The notes below the pieces were generated by a model. The model did not search any database and was not told the origin of the DNA. It saw only the letters and a program-made list of their open reading frames with translations. The translations under genes and the position numbers were made by a program. From IMG/VR virus record IMGVR_UViG_3300027969_000063, positions 32,001 to 96,000 of that record: a stretch of DNA of 64,000 nucleotides; one strand, 5' to 3'. Below are positions 1 to 10,206 of the stretch, piece after piece (the first letter of the stretch is position 1; every line of letters begins with the position of its first letter). Origin of the DNA: a virus.

Positions 1-73
1 CGGCATGATGGATATGCTTGAGTTCGGAACTTTTTTCCGTTTCTTCCGTTAGGAATGATCTAAATGATAACAT
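1..73 (-). CDS. 5' end of a late protein (partial, runs off the window); DUF6267-like, with a T4 internal-protein-like N-terminus
   Basis: Manual translation MLSFRSFLTEETEKSSELKHIHHA...; GAGG RBS and TATAAATA upstream; M-x-x-F-x-x-F-L-x-E resembles T4 capsid-targeting sequences. Confidence 0.6.
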   Translation of the reverse strand, partial: MLSFRSFLTEETEKSSELKHIHHA

Positions 74-118
74 TGAATTTCCTCTTGATTTGCAACACAC
101 TTTGGTTGCCGATTTGCT

Positions 119-126
119 TATTTATA
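119..126 (-). promoter_or_regulatory. T4-type late promoter TATAAATA
   Basis: Exact consensus ~45 nt upstream of the ATG at 73. Confidence 0.75.
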
Positions 127-186
127 CAACTTTTAAACTTTTGGAGCCAATTCTAGAAAGATTCGGTTCGATACATAGTGTCGTTT

Positions 187-681
187 TTATTGGCTTTTTT
201 CACCAACAATCATAAATGAATCGTTTAAATCACGGTCGGAGTAGAATATATTGGTGTAACCTCTAGATTCCATATAATCTTTGATGATTCCTGCTGAGAA
301 CATATGAATGTGTTTTCTATTATTCCATGGTCTCCAGTATTCTTGGGCATAGTGTGGTAGATATAGAAACAGAACTCCACCATTCTTTAGATTTGCTGTC
401 CAATAATCGAGTGCTGTAACCCAATCAGGAAGATGTTCCAAACAATGGCTAGAATAAACATAGTCTAAATCTGTGTATTCAAAATTATATGCTGTATTAC
501 CATCGTTGAAATTCAAATCGATACCGATGGCACCAGGAAAACACCACTCTTGTCTATTGCATCCAACATCTACACCATAACCTTTACAGAAGTGTTTGGC
601 ATAAGCAATAGCAAACTGTGAGGCATTACCTTCAGCTTGAAAGTGTGGATATGTTTTTTTGTTATAGTTTAAAATATTCAT
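187..681 (-). CDS. class I SAM-dependent methyltransferase (Methyltransf_11-like)
   Basis: VDVGCN motif I; DYVYSSHCLEHL; LKNGGVLFLYLP. Confidence 0.8.
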   Translation of the reverse strand: MNILNYNKKTYPHFQAEGNASQFAIAYAKHFCKGYGVDVGCNRQEWCFPGAIGIDLNFNDGNTAYNFEYTDLDYVYSSHCLEHLPDWVTALDYWTANLKNGGVLFLYLPHYAQEYWRPWNNRKHIHMFSAGIIKDYMESRGYTNIFYSDRDLNDSFMIVGEKSQ

Positions 682-1393
682 TTAGTTTAGCCAGTTCAAA
701 GTCGTTAAGATACATCAATTTAGAATTACGATTACCGTAAAAATGTTTTTCAAATGAATAAGTTATTGGCTTATTATCCCAATTACGAATATCATCACCC
801 CACAATACCACTTGTTGTTTGTTCAACAAGTCAGCAACACCAGAAATACCAGTAAATGTGGAAACAAATGGATGTTTGCTATTTTTAATAATATAGGCAT
901 TTCTCATCAGACTATCATTATAATCTAAAAATTTGATTCCGTCAAGATGTGATAGTGTCCAAGACGATCTTCTACCATCTATATTTGGACCACTCCATCG
1001 ATCACCACCATACACATCATTACCAACATCAAAACCTAAATCTTCCACTTTCAATACGAAATCATCATCCACTTCAAAAACAATTCGGTAATTGTCATTG
1101 ATCCAATTTTCATAACGGCAAGTTTCAATTGGTCTATCTGAATCTTCTTTATCTTCTCTTGTCCAAGAGCTCATTTTAATAATGTCATCACCATATAAGA
1201 ACACTTCATCATCAAATTCGACCGATGAGAATATATCTTGATACATTAGAAATTCTTTGATGCCATTAAACTTTTTCATTTCACCACGAATAATGAAATC
1301 TATTTTACCAATACTTTTAGATAGACCAGATAATACGGGTAAACTATTTACAAAGTCGCCAAGATTGGCGGTACAATCAATTTGAACTTTCAT
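662..1393 (-). CDS. putative GT-B (GT9/heptosyltransferase-like) glycosyltransferase
   Basis: N-terminal ANLGDFVNSLPVLSGL resembles the GT9 xGD...P motif; C-terminal FVSTFTGISGVADLLNKQQVVLWG; start reassigned to MKVQ at 1393. Confidence 0.5.
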   Translation of the reverse strand: MKVQIDCTANLGDFVNSLPVLSGLSKSIGKIDFIIRGEMKKFNGIKEFLMYQDIFSSVEFDDEVFLYGDDIIKMSSWTREDKEDSDRPIETCRYENWINDNYRIVFEVDDDFVLKVEDLGFDVGNDVYGGDRWSGPNIDGRRSSWTLSHLDGIKFLDYNDSLMRNAYIIKNSKHPFVSTFTGISGVADLLNKQQVVLWGDDIRNWDNKPITYSFEKHFYGNRNSKLMYLNDFELAKLNEYFKL

Positions 1394-2180
1394 TAAAATC
1401 CTTAAAAGCAATAAACCAATCAGATTCAGATACTCTATGTAGTTCAAATAAATCTGGTGATGATAGGTACGACATTAACAATAAAGTTTGGTCGTCATCG
1501 ATTAAATTATTATCCAATAGTTCTGTAGTGTTGTGGTGTACTAGATGTTCCAACTTAGGCCACATATCTTTACCGGCAACAATACAAGGACCTGTAATGT
1601 GGACATTGTTATCAACAATAACATCTTGTATGAATGTTCCTTCTTTCCAATCTTTGATATTGAAGAAATGGATCTTATCTTTATTGAATGGATATCTCCA
1701 ATGTTTAACGCCATTGAGTGTAGATTCATCACGACAGTAACCAAAGTCCAACCAAGCAACCAAATCTGTATTGATTAGATTGGATTGAATGGCTCTGTTT
1801 ACAAATGATGATTTCAATAGATTCACTAAAACATAATCAGCATTCCAATATTCTGGATTGCGTACTTGTGTTGGATTTATTTTGCTTTGATAGTTTTCAT
1901 CTTTTTGTACTTTAGAGATTGATGTTCTCAATTCATTAAAGTTACTTTTGAAATCAACTATCAAAATATCTAGTGGTCGGTCTTGTCGTAAAAATTTAAC
2001 CTCGTCTGCCAAATCTTTTGTTGTATAAACAACCATATTATTTTCCAACTTGGCCATATGGCCAAATCGTTCAAGATATGTCTTGGTTGTTCTCTGTAAG
2101 TAATGAGGCAGACCCTTATCTGGCGTCCAATCACCACGACCAATATCAAAGAAAGCAGTAACTATGGTTATATCGTTCAT
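1377..2180 (-). CDS. HtrL/YibB (WlaTC)-family glycosyltransferase-like protein
   Basis: ITIVTAFFDIGRGDW, AWLDFGY and DDDQ motifs typical of HtrL/YibB. Confidence 0.8.
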   Translation of the reverse strand: MNDITIVTAFFDIGRGDWTPDKGLPHYLQRTTKTYLERFGHMAKLENNMVVYTTKDLADEVKFLRQDRPLDILIVDFKSNFNELRTSISKVQKDENYQSKINPTQVRNPEYWNADYVLVNLLKSSFVNRAIQSNLINTDLVAWLDFGYCRDESTLNGVKHWRYPFNKDKIHFFNIKDWKEGTFIQDVIVDNNVHITGPCIVAGKDMWPKLEHLVHHNTTELLDNNLIDDDQTLLLMSYLSSPDLFELHRVSESDWFIAFKDFNESSN

Positions 2181-3205
2181 TTTAACCAACGATTATTTTC
2201 CAATGTCCATTCAACCACTTCTTTAATTCTTTCACGGAAAGAAATCTTTGGTTCCCATCCTAATGATTTCATGTATTCACCAGATAAAGCATATCGTAAA
2301 TCGTGTCCTGGTCTTGCAGAATGAAAATCATTTAATTCATAATTCAATTCTTTACCTTGTACTTTAGCAATTAATTTAGCCAATTCGAGGTTATCAATCT
2401 CTTCAGGTCCAACCAAATTAAACTTAGGACACTTTGCACCACCATAATCATAATCAGATAATTGTTCTTCTTTTAAACCCAACACAAACAATAAACCATC
2501 AGCTACATCTTTTGCATGAATGTAATGGCGAGAACCTGGAATTGTTTTGGTTGGATCGGAATGTATGGTGATTGTACCACCATCACGAATCTTACGAATA
2601 CACATTGGAATATATTTCTCCGGATGTTGTCTTTCACCAAACACATTCATTGTGTGTGTAATATAGATTGGCATCTTATAGGTGTTTTCAAATGCAACAC
2701 AAATCTCTTCTGCTGCAGCCTTAGATGCTGAATACGGATTGGTTGAGTTGTATCGGTCACGTTCTTTATAGTTAACACCTTTTGGTGCTGGACCAAATAC
2801 CTCATCTGTTGAGAAGTATACAAATCTTTCTAAATTAGGAAGTGTTCTTGCATACTGCAGTACATTTGCCGTACCAATTACATTATCTTGAATAAATTCC
2901 ATTGGAAATTCAATGGATCGGTCCACATGAGAACCTGCGGCCAAATGCAAAATAATATTTACATCACCTAGTAGTCCAACAATTTGTGGATTAAGTTCTG
3001 CTCGCAAGTCGTGATATACGATTTCAATCCTCTTACGAACTTCTGGTGCAGTATCTTTTAATAAATCAGCAAGGCGATTTAAATTACCTGAATAATCTAG
3101 TCGGTCAAGAGTTACAATTTCCCAATCAGTTTCTTTTAATATTTTGTCAACCACATGGTGGGCAATAAATCCGGCACCGCCGGTCAATAGTACTCTCTTA
3201 CTCAT
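2177..3205 (-). CDS. rfbB: dTDP-glucose 4,6-dehydratase-like NAD-dependent epimerase/dehydratase
   Basis: LLTGGAGFI, HLAAGSHVDRSI, STDEVFG, YSASKA and RPGHDLRYAL motifs. Confidence 0.88.
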   Translation of the reverse strand: MSKRVLLTGGAGFIAHHVVDKILKETDWEIVTLDRLDYSGNLNRLADLLKDTAPEVRKRIEIVYHDLRAELNPQIVGLLGDVNIILHLAAGSHVDRSIEFPMEFIQDNVIGTANVLQYARTLPNLERFVYFSTDEVFGPAPKGVNYKERDRYNSTNPYSASKAAAEEICVAFENTYKMPIYITHTMNVFGERQHPEKYIPMCIRKIRDGGTITIHSDPTKTIPGSRHYIHAKDVADGLLFVLGLKEEQLSDYDYGGAKCPKFNLVGPEEIDNLELAKLIAKVQGKELNYELNDFHSARPGHDLRYALSGEYMKSLGWEPKISFRERIKEVVEWTLENNRWLK

Positions 3206-3207
3206 AA

Positions 3208-4062
3208 TTAACTCCTGTAAATAAACATTTGTGATTCATCATCTTGGCCAAACTTCTTCTCGACAAACTTTTTAATCTCCGGTACACGATCATATTGATG
3301 TACTATAGGAAATATTCTTCCATCTAGTGGTGGTATTTTAACCAATCCATTTTCCCAAATTGGTTCACTAAACAATAAATTTGGTTTGAACTTTTCAATT
3401 TTGGATGGATCCATAACTGTGCCGAGTTCACAAGCCCAATCATGTGTATATGTAACAACATCTTTAAATGGTAGTGTATTGATTAATACATTGAATACAG
3501 CTTGGTCACAAATAGGAATTGGCCGGTTGATTGCGTTGGTAAAGATATTGAACACCATATCTTTTACATATTCTGAAGTGCCACCAAATGTTCCAACATT
3601 AAAAATTTCATTATTTTTAAACTGTTGATAGATATACGGACCATAAGATTGTAGTAAGTTTTCATTACCCCAAGCTTCGTCTTTATATCTTAAACCTTCT
3701 GAAGCAACCACAAGTTTATGTCCAATTAACTTCTCAAATGGGTCACATTGAAAATACACATCTTTAACATCTGTGGTAATCACATACTCATATTTTTGCC
3801 AATGTTTGTAAAGATAATCATAGATTGAATGAAAGCGTAACACATGAATTGGTATGCGTATACCTTCAACTCCCAACATAGGAACAATAATGACACCTTG
3901 TGATTCTAACCAATCTAGAGTTTCATCAGATGCGTTACCATAAACTAGAACAATATCACAATCATTATCATCGCCCGAATGTACCTTTGCTGATAATACC
4001 CAAGGTCTTAACTGGTTAGCGTTATAGTTTGTGAACCCACCGATGATGAGATTTTTTGCCAC
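3208..4062 (-). CDS. putative nucleotide-sugar transferase (GT-A-like)
   Basis: ITTDVKDVYFQ (DxxD), FNVGTFGG, DQAVFN, IVHQYDR; sits in the sugar cluster. Confidence 0.55.
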   Translation of the reverse strand: MAKNLIIGGFTNYNANQLRPWVLSAKVHSGDDNDCDIVLVYGNASDETLDWLESQGVIIVPMLGVEGIRIPIHVLRFHSIYDYLYKHWQKYEYVITTDVKDVYFQCDPFEKLIGHKLVVASEGLRYKDEAWGNENLLQSYGPYIYQQFKNNEIFNVGTFGGTSEYVKDMVFNIFTNAINRPIPICDQAVFNVLINTLPFKDVVTYTHDWACELGTVMDPSKIEKFKPNLLFSEPIWENGLVKIPPLDGRIFPIVHQYDRVPEIKKFVEKKFGQDDESQMFIYRS

Positions 4063-4766
4063 GGGAACTCTCCATTATATTTTTTATTCATTACTGCATT
4101 ACCATTGATAAAGAATTCAGCATTAACTGAACCTTCACCGCCATCAACACGATAGTTCACGGTGTATTCACCTGTACAATCGAATTTATTGAAGTGTTGA
4201 GCAATCGTTGCCAGAAACACTCGATCCTGTCCCCAACCACCATGCCAAACGGAAGCCAATTTTACACCAATTTCCGTTTTAAGGCAATACGAATTGGTAT
4301 CAACATGATTAACTCCGTGGTAAGTTTGCCATTTACCTAACGATTCACAGTCATCATGGCAAACAAATGTACCATCTTTGTTATAGATATCTCTTAATGA
4401 ATAACACCAGTCAAGATTTTTTGATTTGATTATATTGATACAAGATTCAACATGATTAGGTTTCAACCAATTATCTTGGTCAAGGTATAACACATATTCA
4501 GTATCAATGAGGTGAGTAAAGGCTGCATAGACACGGTGACCATAAAATCCATTGGCACCCACATTCAAAGGCAAATTACAAAGCACAATCTTTTTATAAT
4601 TTGGATGTTTCTCAAATTGTTTAATATGGTTCTTTACAGCATAAACAAATTCTGGACCATCACAAACAATATAACACTTGGTATCATAAGTTTGATTCAA
4701 TACTGATTTAATTGCTTCATGTACTGGTGCACCACCAGTAGTTGGTATAATCACAGTTGCGGACAT
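4008..4766 (-). CDS. glycosyltransferase family 2
   Basis: TVIIPT...AIKSVLNQTY...IVCDG; LYLDQDNW (DxD). Confidence 0.85.
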   Translation of the reverse strand: MSATVIIPTTGGAPVHEAIKSVLNQTYDTKCYIVCDGPEFVYAVKNHIKQFEKHPNYKKIVLCNLPLNVGANGFYGHRVYAAFTHLIDTEYVLYLDQDNWLKPNHVESCINIIKSKNLDWCYSLRDIYNKDGTFVCHDDCESLGKWQTYHGVNHVDTNSYCLKTEIGVKLASVWHGGWGQDRVFLATIAQHFNKFDCTGEYTVNYRVDGGEGSVNAEFFINGNAVMNKKYNGEFPWQKISSSVGSQTITLTS

Positions 4767-4768
4767 AA

Positions 4769-5047
4769 TTAATTCCTAGTTAATTTCAATATTCTTTCTA
4801 TTTGCTTTTCGATTAATGGTTTACGATTAGGCCAATATATGTATTCTTTATCTCCAGTCGAGTGGAGTTTGGTTAGAAAAGGAATAATAATCTTTTCAAC
4901 CTCAGTAAGGCGTGTCTTATAATCATCAGCCGTTTCGGCTGTCTTGTTGATGACCGAGTTATAATCGGCTTCTGAAACGGCGGAGAACCCAAAGTCGTCC
5001 TCCATTTCAAATTCTTTTGCTAGTTTATCAAAGTCTATGAGTGCCAT
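4769..5047 (-). CDS. conserved hypothetical T4-like phage protein
   Basis: DDFGFSAVSE...YIYWPNR pattern recalled from T4-like phages; RBS before the ATG at 5047. Confidence 0.6.
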   Translation of the reverse strand: MALIDFDKLAKEFEMEDDFGFSAVSEADYNSVINKTAETADDYKTRLTEVEKIIIPFLTKLHSTGDKEYIYWPNRKPLIEKQIERILKLTRN

Positions 5048-5057
5048 TAGTATATCC

Positions 5058-6368
5058 TTATTTTGCAACTACAAATTTTGCTGAATCGGATGACATTGAA
5101 GCCGCATAAGCATATGCCATTCTAACAAATGATGATTTTGTGTTTTCATCGGTAAAAATATTTTTAATTATGATAGGCCAGATTTTATTCGATACATGTA
5201 TAGCACTAAGTTGACCTACTCTCTCATCATAATTAATTTCTTTTTTAGATTCCTTTATCACTTCTTTAGTTTTTTCATCTTTATTTTTCATATCAAAACC
5301 TTTAGTTTTGACTTTATCTGTCAATTCTTTTCTTATGGGTTTTTTCAGTTCTTTAAAAGTTGTGTTTGCTGTTTTAAATTTATTTTTAATGTCATTTGTG
5401 ACACCATCGCTAATTAAAGATATAATACCTAAAATTTGTTCTAGCCCAAGACTTCCACCTCTAGCATTCATTCCTTTTAACATAATTTCACCTTTAATAC
5501 CTGCCGTAGAGGGATCATGTCGAATTAATATCTTATCGTTTTCACTATTGGTATTTTTTAAAAATAGTTTTAAATCTCTTGCTGGAGGTTTTCCAATGAT
5601 ATTTCCTGTTGGATAAGCAGTCCATGAAACATCACCTCCTTCATATTTTTCCAATTCTTTCCAATCTTGAGTTCTGTTAAAGTTTACTTTTTTTACTGTA
5701 ACTTTATCCGGAGCAAATTTTAAAGACAGCGGTAATAACTCACCATTATCAATTAATTTACTTATCATCGAATTTAATGAAAAAAATGTTGTTTTACTTA
5801 AATTGCTCTGTGATGCAGCAGTAATAATTGTTTTTTTGGCCAAAGGTGTTGCAAAATAGATATCGGCCGGAGACCACTTATTCAATTCACCAAAAGGTAT
5901 AAATCTTCTTTTAGTTTTTGTTTCTCTATTGTTTTTTTGTTTTTCATTAGCCACTTCAAATAATTTTGATATATTGTCCATTATTTCGTCTTTGTGTTCA
6001 TAAAACACATCAGACCATCCAAAAGGAGCAATCTTAGCATGAAGTTTATTTAAACCATTAACCTTGGCTACCAATTCTTTTCCAATATTAGAAGATGAAA
6101 TATACCAAGCTTTTTGTTTTGTTAGAAAATCATCTACTTGTTGAAATGATGCTTGGCCCGATTTAACGTGATTTTTAAAAATTTCTTCAACAGAATTTTT
6201 TTTCTTTGAATACATCATATTCCAAGCTGTTTTAAAATCAGGATAAGTTTTGTAGGTGTTTACATCAAATAAACTTTTTGATAGTTTAATTTTATCTTGG
6301 CCAAGGTAATCAGCCATAGCACAAAACAATGCTTGAGCAGTTTCTTGTATATCTTCTTTAGAAGCCAT
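5058..6368 (-). CDS. putative PD-(D/E)xK-type endonuclease
   Basis: QET near the N-terminus, KWSPADIY...LLPLSLK; very Lys-rich and AT-rich. Confidence 0.5.
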   Translation of the reverse strand: MASKEDIQETAQALFCAMADYLGQDKIKLSKSLFDVNTYKTYPDFKTAWNMMYSKKKNSVEEIFKNHVKSGQASFQQVDDFLTKQKAWYISSSNIGKELVAKVNGLNKLHAKIAPFGWSDVFYEHKDEIMDNISKLFEVANEKQKNNRETKTKRRFIPFGELNKWSPADIYFATPLAKKTIITAASQSNLSKTTFFSLNSMISKLIDNGELLPLSLKFAPDKVTVKKVNFNRTQDWKELEKYEGGDVSWTAYPTGNIIGKPPARDLKLFLKNTNSENDKILIRHDPSTAGIKGEIMLKGMNARGGSLGLEQILGIISLISDGVTNDIKNKFKTANTTFKELKKPIRKELTDKVKTKGFDMKNKDEKTKEVIKESKKEINYDERVGQLSAIHVSNKIWPIIIKNIFTDENTKSSFVRMAYAYAASMSSDSAKFVVAK

Positions 6369-6371
6369 ATA

Positions 6372-7481
6372 TCACCTAATAATTTGAATGTCTTTACCTG
6401 AAGTCCAGATTTCGAGTTCTGTCCTTAATCTACCCTCGGTTCTAAGGGTTTCGTATCTATTTATAGCTTTACTCCGCCACCATTCAATAATATTGGCCAG
6501 TTCATGTTTGGCATAGTTTTCACCAGGTAAAAGAGTATCAGTTTTACAGTTCATGTAATCTACTGTATTTTTGAAACCATAGTCCGATGTATAATATCTT
6601 TTCTTCTCTGTCAACTTTTTGGCGTTCTCAATCGTTAGGTTGAAAGTGTCACCTTCAGTTGTTCCTTTTAGAGCGGCTTTGGTTAAGGCAATAATTTTGG
6701 TAAATGTTCTTAACTTTCTACTGGTCGTTGAAGTATCACCACCCAATAAATCTCCAGTAATGTTCTCAACATAATCTTTTAGGTCATGATATCTTTGGCC
6801 GTGCATCATGGGTACCATATCAGATTCGGTCAGACCTCTAAATCGAATATAAGGTTTCATACCATCGTATTGTGATACTGACTTTGTAGAACCATATAAA
6901 CTGGTGGTTTCAAATAGGCAAAGATTCATACCATATTTCTTATTACAGATTTCTCTTACTGTATGGCTGGTACAAATGGCCGATAGAAGTTTGCCACCTA
7001 GGTAATTAAAACCAAATGGTTGAGCTGGTACAATTACAAATCCCATAGCACAAGAAACATTGAATCGTTTGGCAGTATCTTCCTGTTGGATCCAGACCTG
7101 TCCTAAGAGTTCGTTTCTAGGTTTCATATAGATTACTGGTGAACCTAAACGAATGAATCCTAGAACCTTTCCTGAGTTCTTCTCTCTAACTGCCAACTGT
7201 ATATTCTTACCAACTGGAGATTTATTGATGTGTGAAGAGGTAATGGCAAGTAATGTTTCAAATTGAGTATTTGGTATTTCACACACCTCAATATCCATAT
7301 CATTTGGGTGCATGGAGAAATCAGAGAACAAATCATCTTCGGGTGGAAATAAAGAAGATGGCAATTCTGCCACCGACTTTAACTTCTCATCACGCATGTA
7401 TTCTTCGGTACTTCCAATGTTACTAAAATAATCATTGAACACCTTAGAACAATGTAAGGCTTGTTCTCTAGTTAGTATCAT
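6372..7481 (-). CDS. DruA/DUF4338-like protein (paralog 1)
   Basis: IVPAQPFGFNYLGGKLL...ETTSLYG...SQYDG...GLT resembles the DruA GGKL/TTS-x-G motifs. Confidence 0.7.
   Translation of the reverse strand: MILTREQALHCSKVFNDYFSNIGSTEEYMRDEKLKSVAELPSSLFPPEDDLFSDFSMHPNDMDIEVCEIPNTQFETLLAITSSHINKSPVGKNIQLAVREKNSGKVLGFIRLGSPVIYMKPRNELLGQVWIQQEDTAKRFNVSCAMGFVIVPAQPFGFNYLGGKLLSAICTSHTVREICNKKYGMNLCLFETTSLYGSTKSVSQYDGMKPYIRFRGLTESDMVPMMHGQRYHDLKDYVENITGDLLGGDTSTTSRKLRTFTKIIALTKAALKGTTEGDTFNLTIENAKKLTEKKRYYTSDYGFKNTVDYMNCKTDTLLPGENYAKHELANIIEWWRSKAINRYETLRTEGRLRTELEIWTSGKDIQIIR
6458..6465 (-). promoter_or_regulatory. T4-type late promoter TATAAATA inside the upstream gene, serving the nuclease-like gene
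   Basis: Exact consensus ~90 nt upstream of the ATG at 6368. Confidence 0.55.
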
Positions 7482-8857
7482 ACTTTAAAGCCTTCAAAGT
7501 TCTTCTTTTCATGTTTAATTTTATTATTGGCACCAATATGACCGGCATCAGCAAGACCGTGTTGTGCTGATTGTTCAACATCATATAGTTTCATCTTGGC
7601 TCTATCGACACCAATGGTGAATCGTTTGTAATATGTTGGATCATTATAACGATTCTTTAATTGTTTAACCATCATCTGACCCATCTCTTCCAATTCTTCA
7701 GAAGAAATCAACGCAAACATTAGGTCGGCGGTTGCAGGCAACCCGAAACTCTCACTCGTATCCTCCAAGCCTGGATCGCTCGATGTGAATCCGCTTCTGG
7801 TAGTTTGAGTAGCAGATACAATAGGAACATTACATTCAACCGCAAGTCCCCTAAGTTCTTCTGCGATGGACTTGACATAGGTGTAAGAGTTAATATTCGC
7901 ACCAGCTTTGATACGAGAAGAACAGCAGATATTAAGATAATCCACAAAAATAATATCAGGCACGAAAGACCTTTTGAGGTTGAGTTCATTTAGTAAAGTC
8001 CTAAAATGTGTTGTCGATGCAGATGCTGTAGGATATTCTTTGATGATTAATTTACCAGTTACCTTCTCTTTAACCTTGGCAACCTTTTTATCATACATAT
8101 CTTTTGGTAAATCCATTAGGTCATCAAGAGTTACATTCAATAAGTTCGCATCTATTCTTTCTGCAATCTTTTCTTCAGCCATTTCAAGTGTAATGTATAA
8201 CACATTTTTTCCTTGAACCATAGCACCGGCAGCAACATGACACATAAACAAAGATTTACCAACGCCAGTACCAGCAAGAGCAATATTAAGGGTTTTGGCA
8301 GGTAATCCTCCCTTTGTAATTTTGTTAAAACATTCCAAATCAAAGGGGATTCGTTCTTCTTTTCTGTGATAGAATTCATATCGTTCATCGCTGTTCTCTA
8401 AGTAATCATGTCCTACGGAGTTATCGAAACTGACGGCCAAAGCGTCCGATAATATAGAGGGAATTGCACCTTTCTCGTTGCTTTTGTCCTTACCATCGAG
8501 AATTGAAATAGCCCGTAATACACCATTGTATATCGCCTTCTCTTGGCAAAACTTTTCCGTTTTGTCAACAAGCCATTGAACCTCGGTTTCTGTTTTGCTA
8601 CCAGCCTCAATTTCTTGGAGATAAGATTCACAGTTCTTAACTTCGTCATCCGAGAGATTATTCTTTTCTTTGAAGGCAATACTAATTGCTTCAATCGTAG
8701 GCGAAGAATTGTAAGTTTCCGTGAATGATGTAATCTCATTAAATAATGTCTTTTCAGTTCTGTCTGAAAAATATTCAGGCTTTAAAAATGGTAATACTTT
8801 CCTAAGAAAATCTTCATTGTAAATCAGATTCTTTAATATCGTCTGTTCCAGTTTCAT
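7478..8857 (-). CDS. gp41: replicative DNA helicase (T4 gp41, DnaB-like)
   Basis: LAGTGVGKS Walker A, YITLEMAEE, IFVDYL, SESFGLPATAD, KQLKNRY. Confidence 0.97.
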   Translation of the reverse strand: MKLEQTILKNLIYNEDFLRKVLPFLKPEYFSDRTEKTLFNEITSFTETYNSSPTIEAISIAFKEKNNLSDDEVKNCESYLQEIEAGSKTETEVQWLVDKTEKFCQEKAIYNGVLRAISILDGKDKSNEKGAIPSILSDALAVSFDNSVGHDYLENSDERYEFYHRKEERIPFDLECFNKITKGGLPAKTLNIALAGTGVGKSLFMCHVAAGAMVQGKNVLYITLEMAEEKIAERIDANLLNVTLDDLMDLPKDMYDKKVAKVKEKVTGKLIIKEYPTASASTTHFRTLLNELNLKRSFVPDIIFVDYLNICCSSRIKAGANINSYTYVKSIAEELRGLAVECNVPIVSATQTTRSGFTSSDPGLEDTSESFGLPATADLMFALISSEELEEMGQMMVKQLKNRYNDPTYYKRFTIGVDRAKMKLYDVEQSAQHGLADAGHIGANNKIKHEKKNFEGFKV

Positions 8858-9137
8858 CAATTATATCCTGCTCAAGATTGGATGACATAATTTCTACAAG
8901 TAGGTCACCAATATGGTTTTTAAAATTACTATCTTTTTGCAACTTCTTTGGTTTGTGTCCTATAGATTCTAACACATCATAAGCAAAAAGTAAATACATT
9001 TGTTCATCTTTTTCTTCAAACTTTACTCTACCATACTTAAATGTGGTATCTTTGTAAGGTCCATCCAAAAGTTTAATATGTACCGCAGTGTCATCCGTTT
9101 TAGGATAGATGTAACAATAATCAATTCCTTCAATCAT
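8814..9137 (-). CDS. hypothetical protein between uvsX and gp41 (position of T4 gp40)
   Basis: Synteny; 107-aa ORF coupled to both neighbours. Confidence 0.6.
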   Translation of the reverse strand: MIEGIDYCYIYPKTDDTAVHIKLLDGPYKDTTFKYGRVKFEEKDEQMYLLFAYDVLESIGHKPKKLQKDSNFKNHIGDLLVEIMSSNLEQDIIDETGTDDIKESDLQ

Positions 9138-10206
9138 CTTCTACTCCGTTTGTTGTCTCCACTTCAAATGCTTGGTCAACATCTCCTTGCATGATATTAC
9201 CTGAAGCAATTTGATAGGTGTTCTGTACAAAATCTTGGAAGGATTTTTGTTTGAGTATTGGTAGCCAAAATTCAGATGAATCGGTTTCTTTGATACGGTA
9301 TTTTTTATCTTCTATAACACCATCTGTGTCCACTTTGCTGTACCAACCATTAGTTGGCTTAACAACATGACCCGAATCAAGTGCAATATCAAGTAACCCG
9401 CTCCACTTACTAATGCCACCATCGTGACGAACAGTAACAGGAATTTTAGATTTCTCTCTAACATATCTACTCTTTTCTACATTGATGATAAAGTTATAAC
9501 CTACAACTTCAGTACCTTCTTTTTCTTGTTGCCGGCCAATAATGAAAACATTATCAGCCGAATACATTGAACCTGTTCCACCACCAACAATGGCTTTAGG
9601 GAACATTCCAATTTCCATGTAAGTATGATTTACCACAATCATTGGAATATCTTTAAGATTCAGGTGTGGTGTTACCATTCGAAATAATGATTTAACTTGT
9701 TTTGCTCTTGACATATCAGCAACAGACTTTTCAGCCAAGGCATCTTCTACTTCTTTCTTCGATGCTAAGTTACCAATAGAATCAATTATGATGATGAGTT
9801 TGTCACCCCTATCAAGTTTCGTAAGTTGTTGCATAATGTCGAATTTGAGTTGTTCGATATCTGTGAGGGGAGTGTGCAGTACACGCTCGGTATCGATACC
9901 AAAGCTGTCAAAATAACTCTGAGGAGTACCAAACTCACTATCGTAGAATAAAAGAGCCGCATCTTCATATTTGTCCAAATAAGATTTTGCCATCAAAAGT
10001 GAGAAAGCAGTCTTAAAGTGTTTTGATGGACCTGCCCACATTGTAAGACCTGGTGTTAAACCACCATCTAGTTTGCCACTCAATGCCACATTAATAATTG
10101 GCACAGAAGTAGGAATCATATCCTTGGCAGTAAAGAACTTTGATTTCGACAGAATGGCCGAATCTTTAATACTACTGTTCTTTTTAATTTTATCTAATAT
10201 ACTCAT
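9130..10206 (-). CDS. uvsX: RecA-like recombinase UvsX
   Basis: AGPSKHFKT, FYDSEFG, IDSIGNLASKKE, VVNHTY, KSRYVREK. Confidence 0.97.
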   Translation of the reverse strand: MSILDKIKKNSSIKDSAILSKSKFFTAKDMIPTSVPIINVALSGKLDGGLTPGLTMWAGPSKHFKTAFSLLMAKSYLDKYEDAALLFYDSEFGTPQSYFDSFGIDTERVLHTPLTDIEQLKFDIMQQLTKLDRGDKLIIIIDSIGNLASKKEVEDALAEKSVADMSRAKQVKSLFRMVTPHLNLKDIPMIVVNHTYMEIGMFPKAIVGGGTGSMYSADNVFIIGRQQEKEGTEVVGYNFIINVEKSRYVREKSKIPVTVRHDGGISKWSGLLDIALDSGHVVKPTNGWYSKVDTDGVIEDKKYRIKETDSSEFWLPILKQKSFQDFVQNTYQIASGNIMQGDVDQAFEVETTNGVEDD

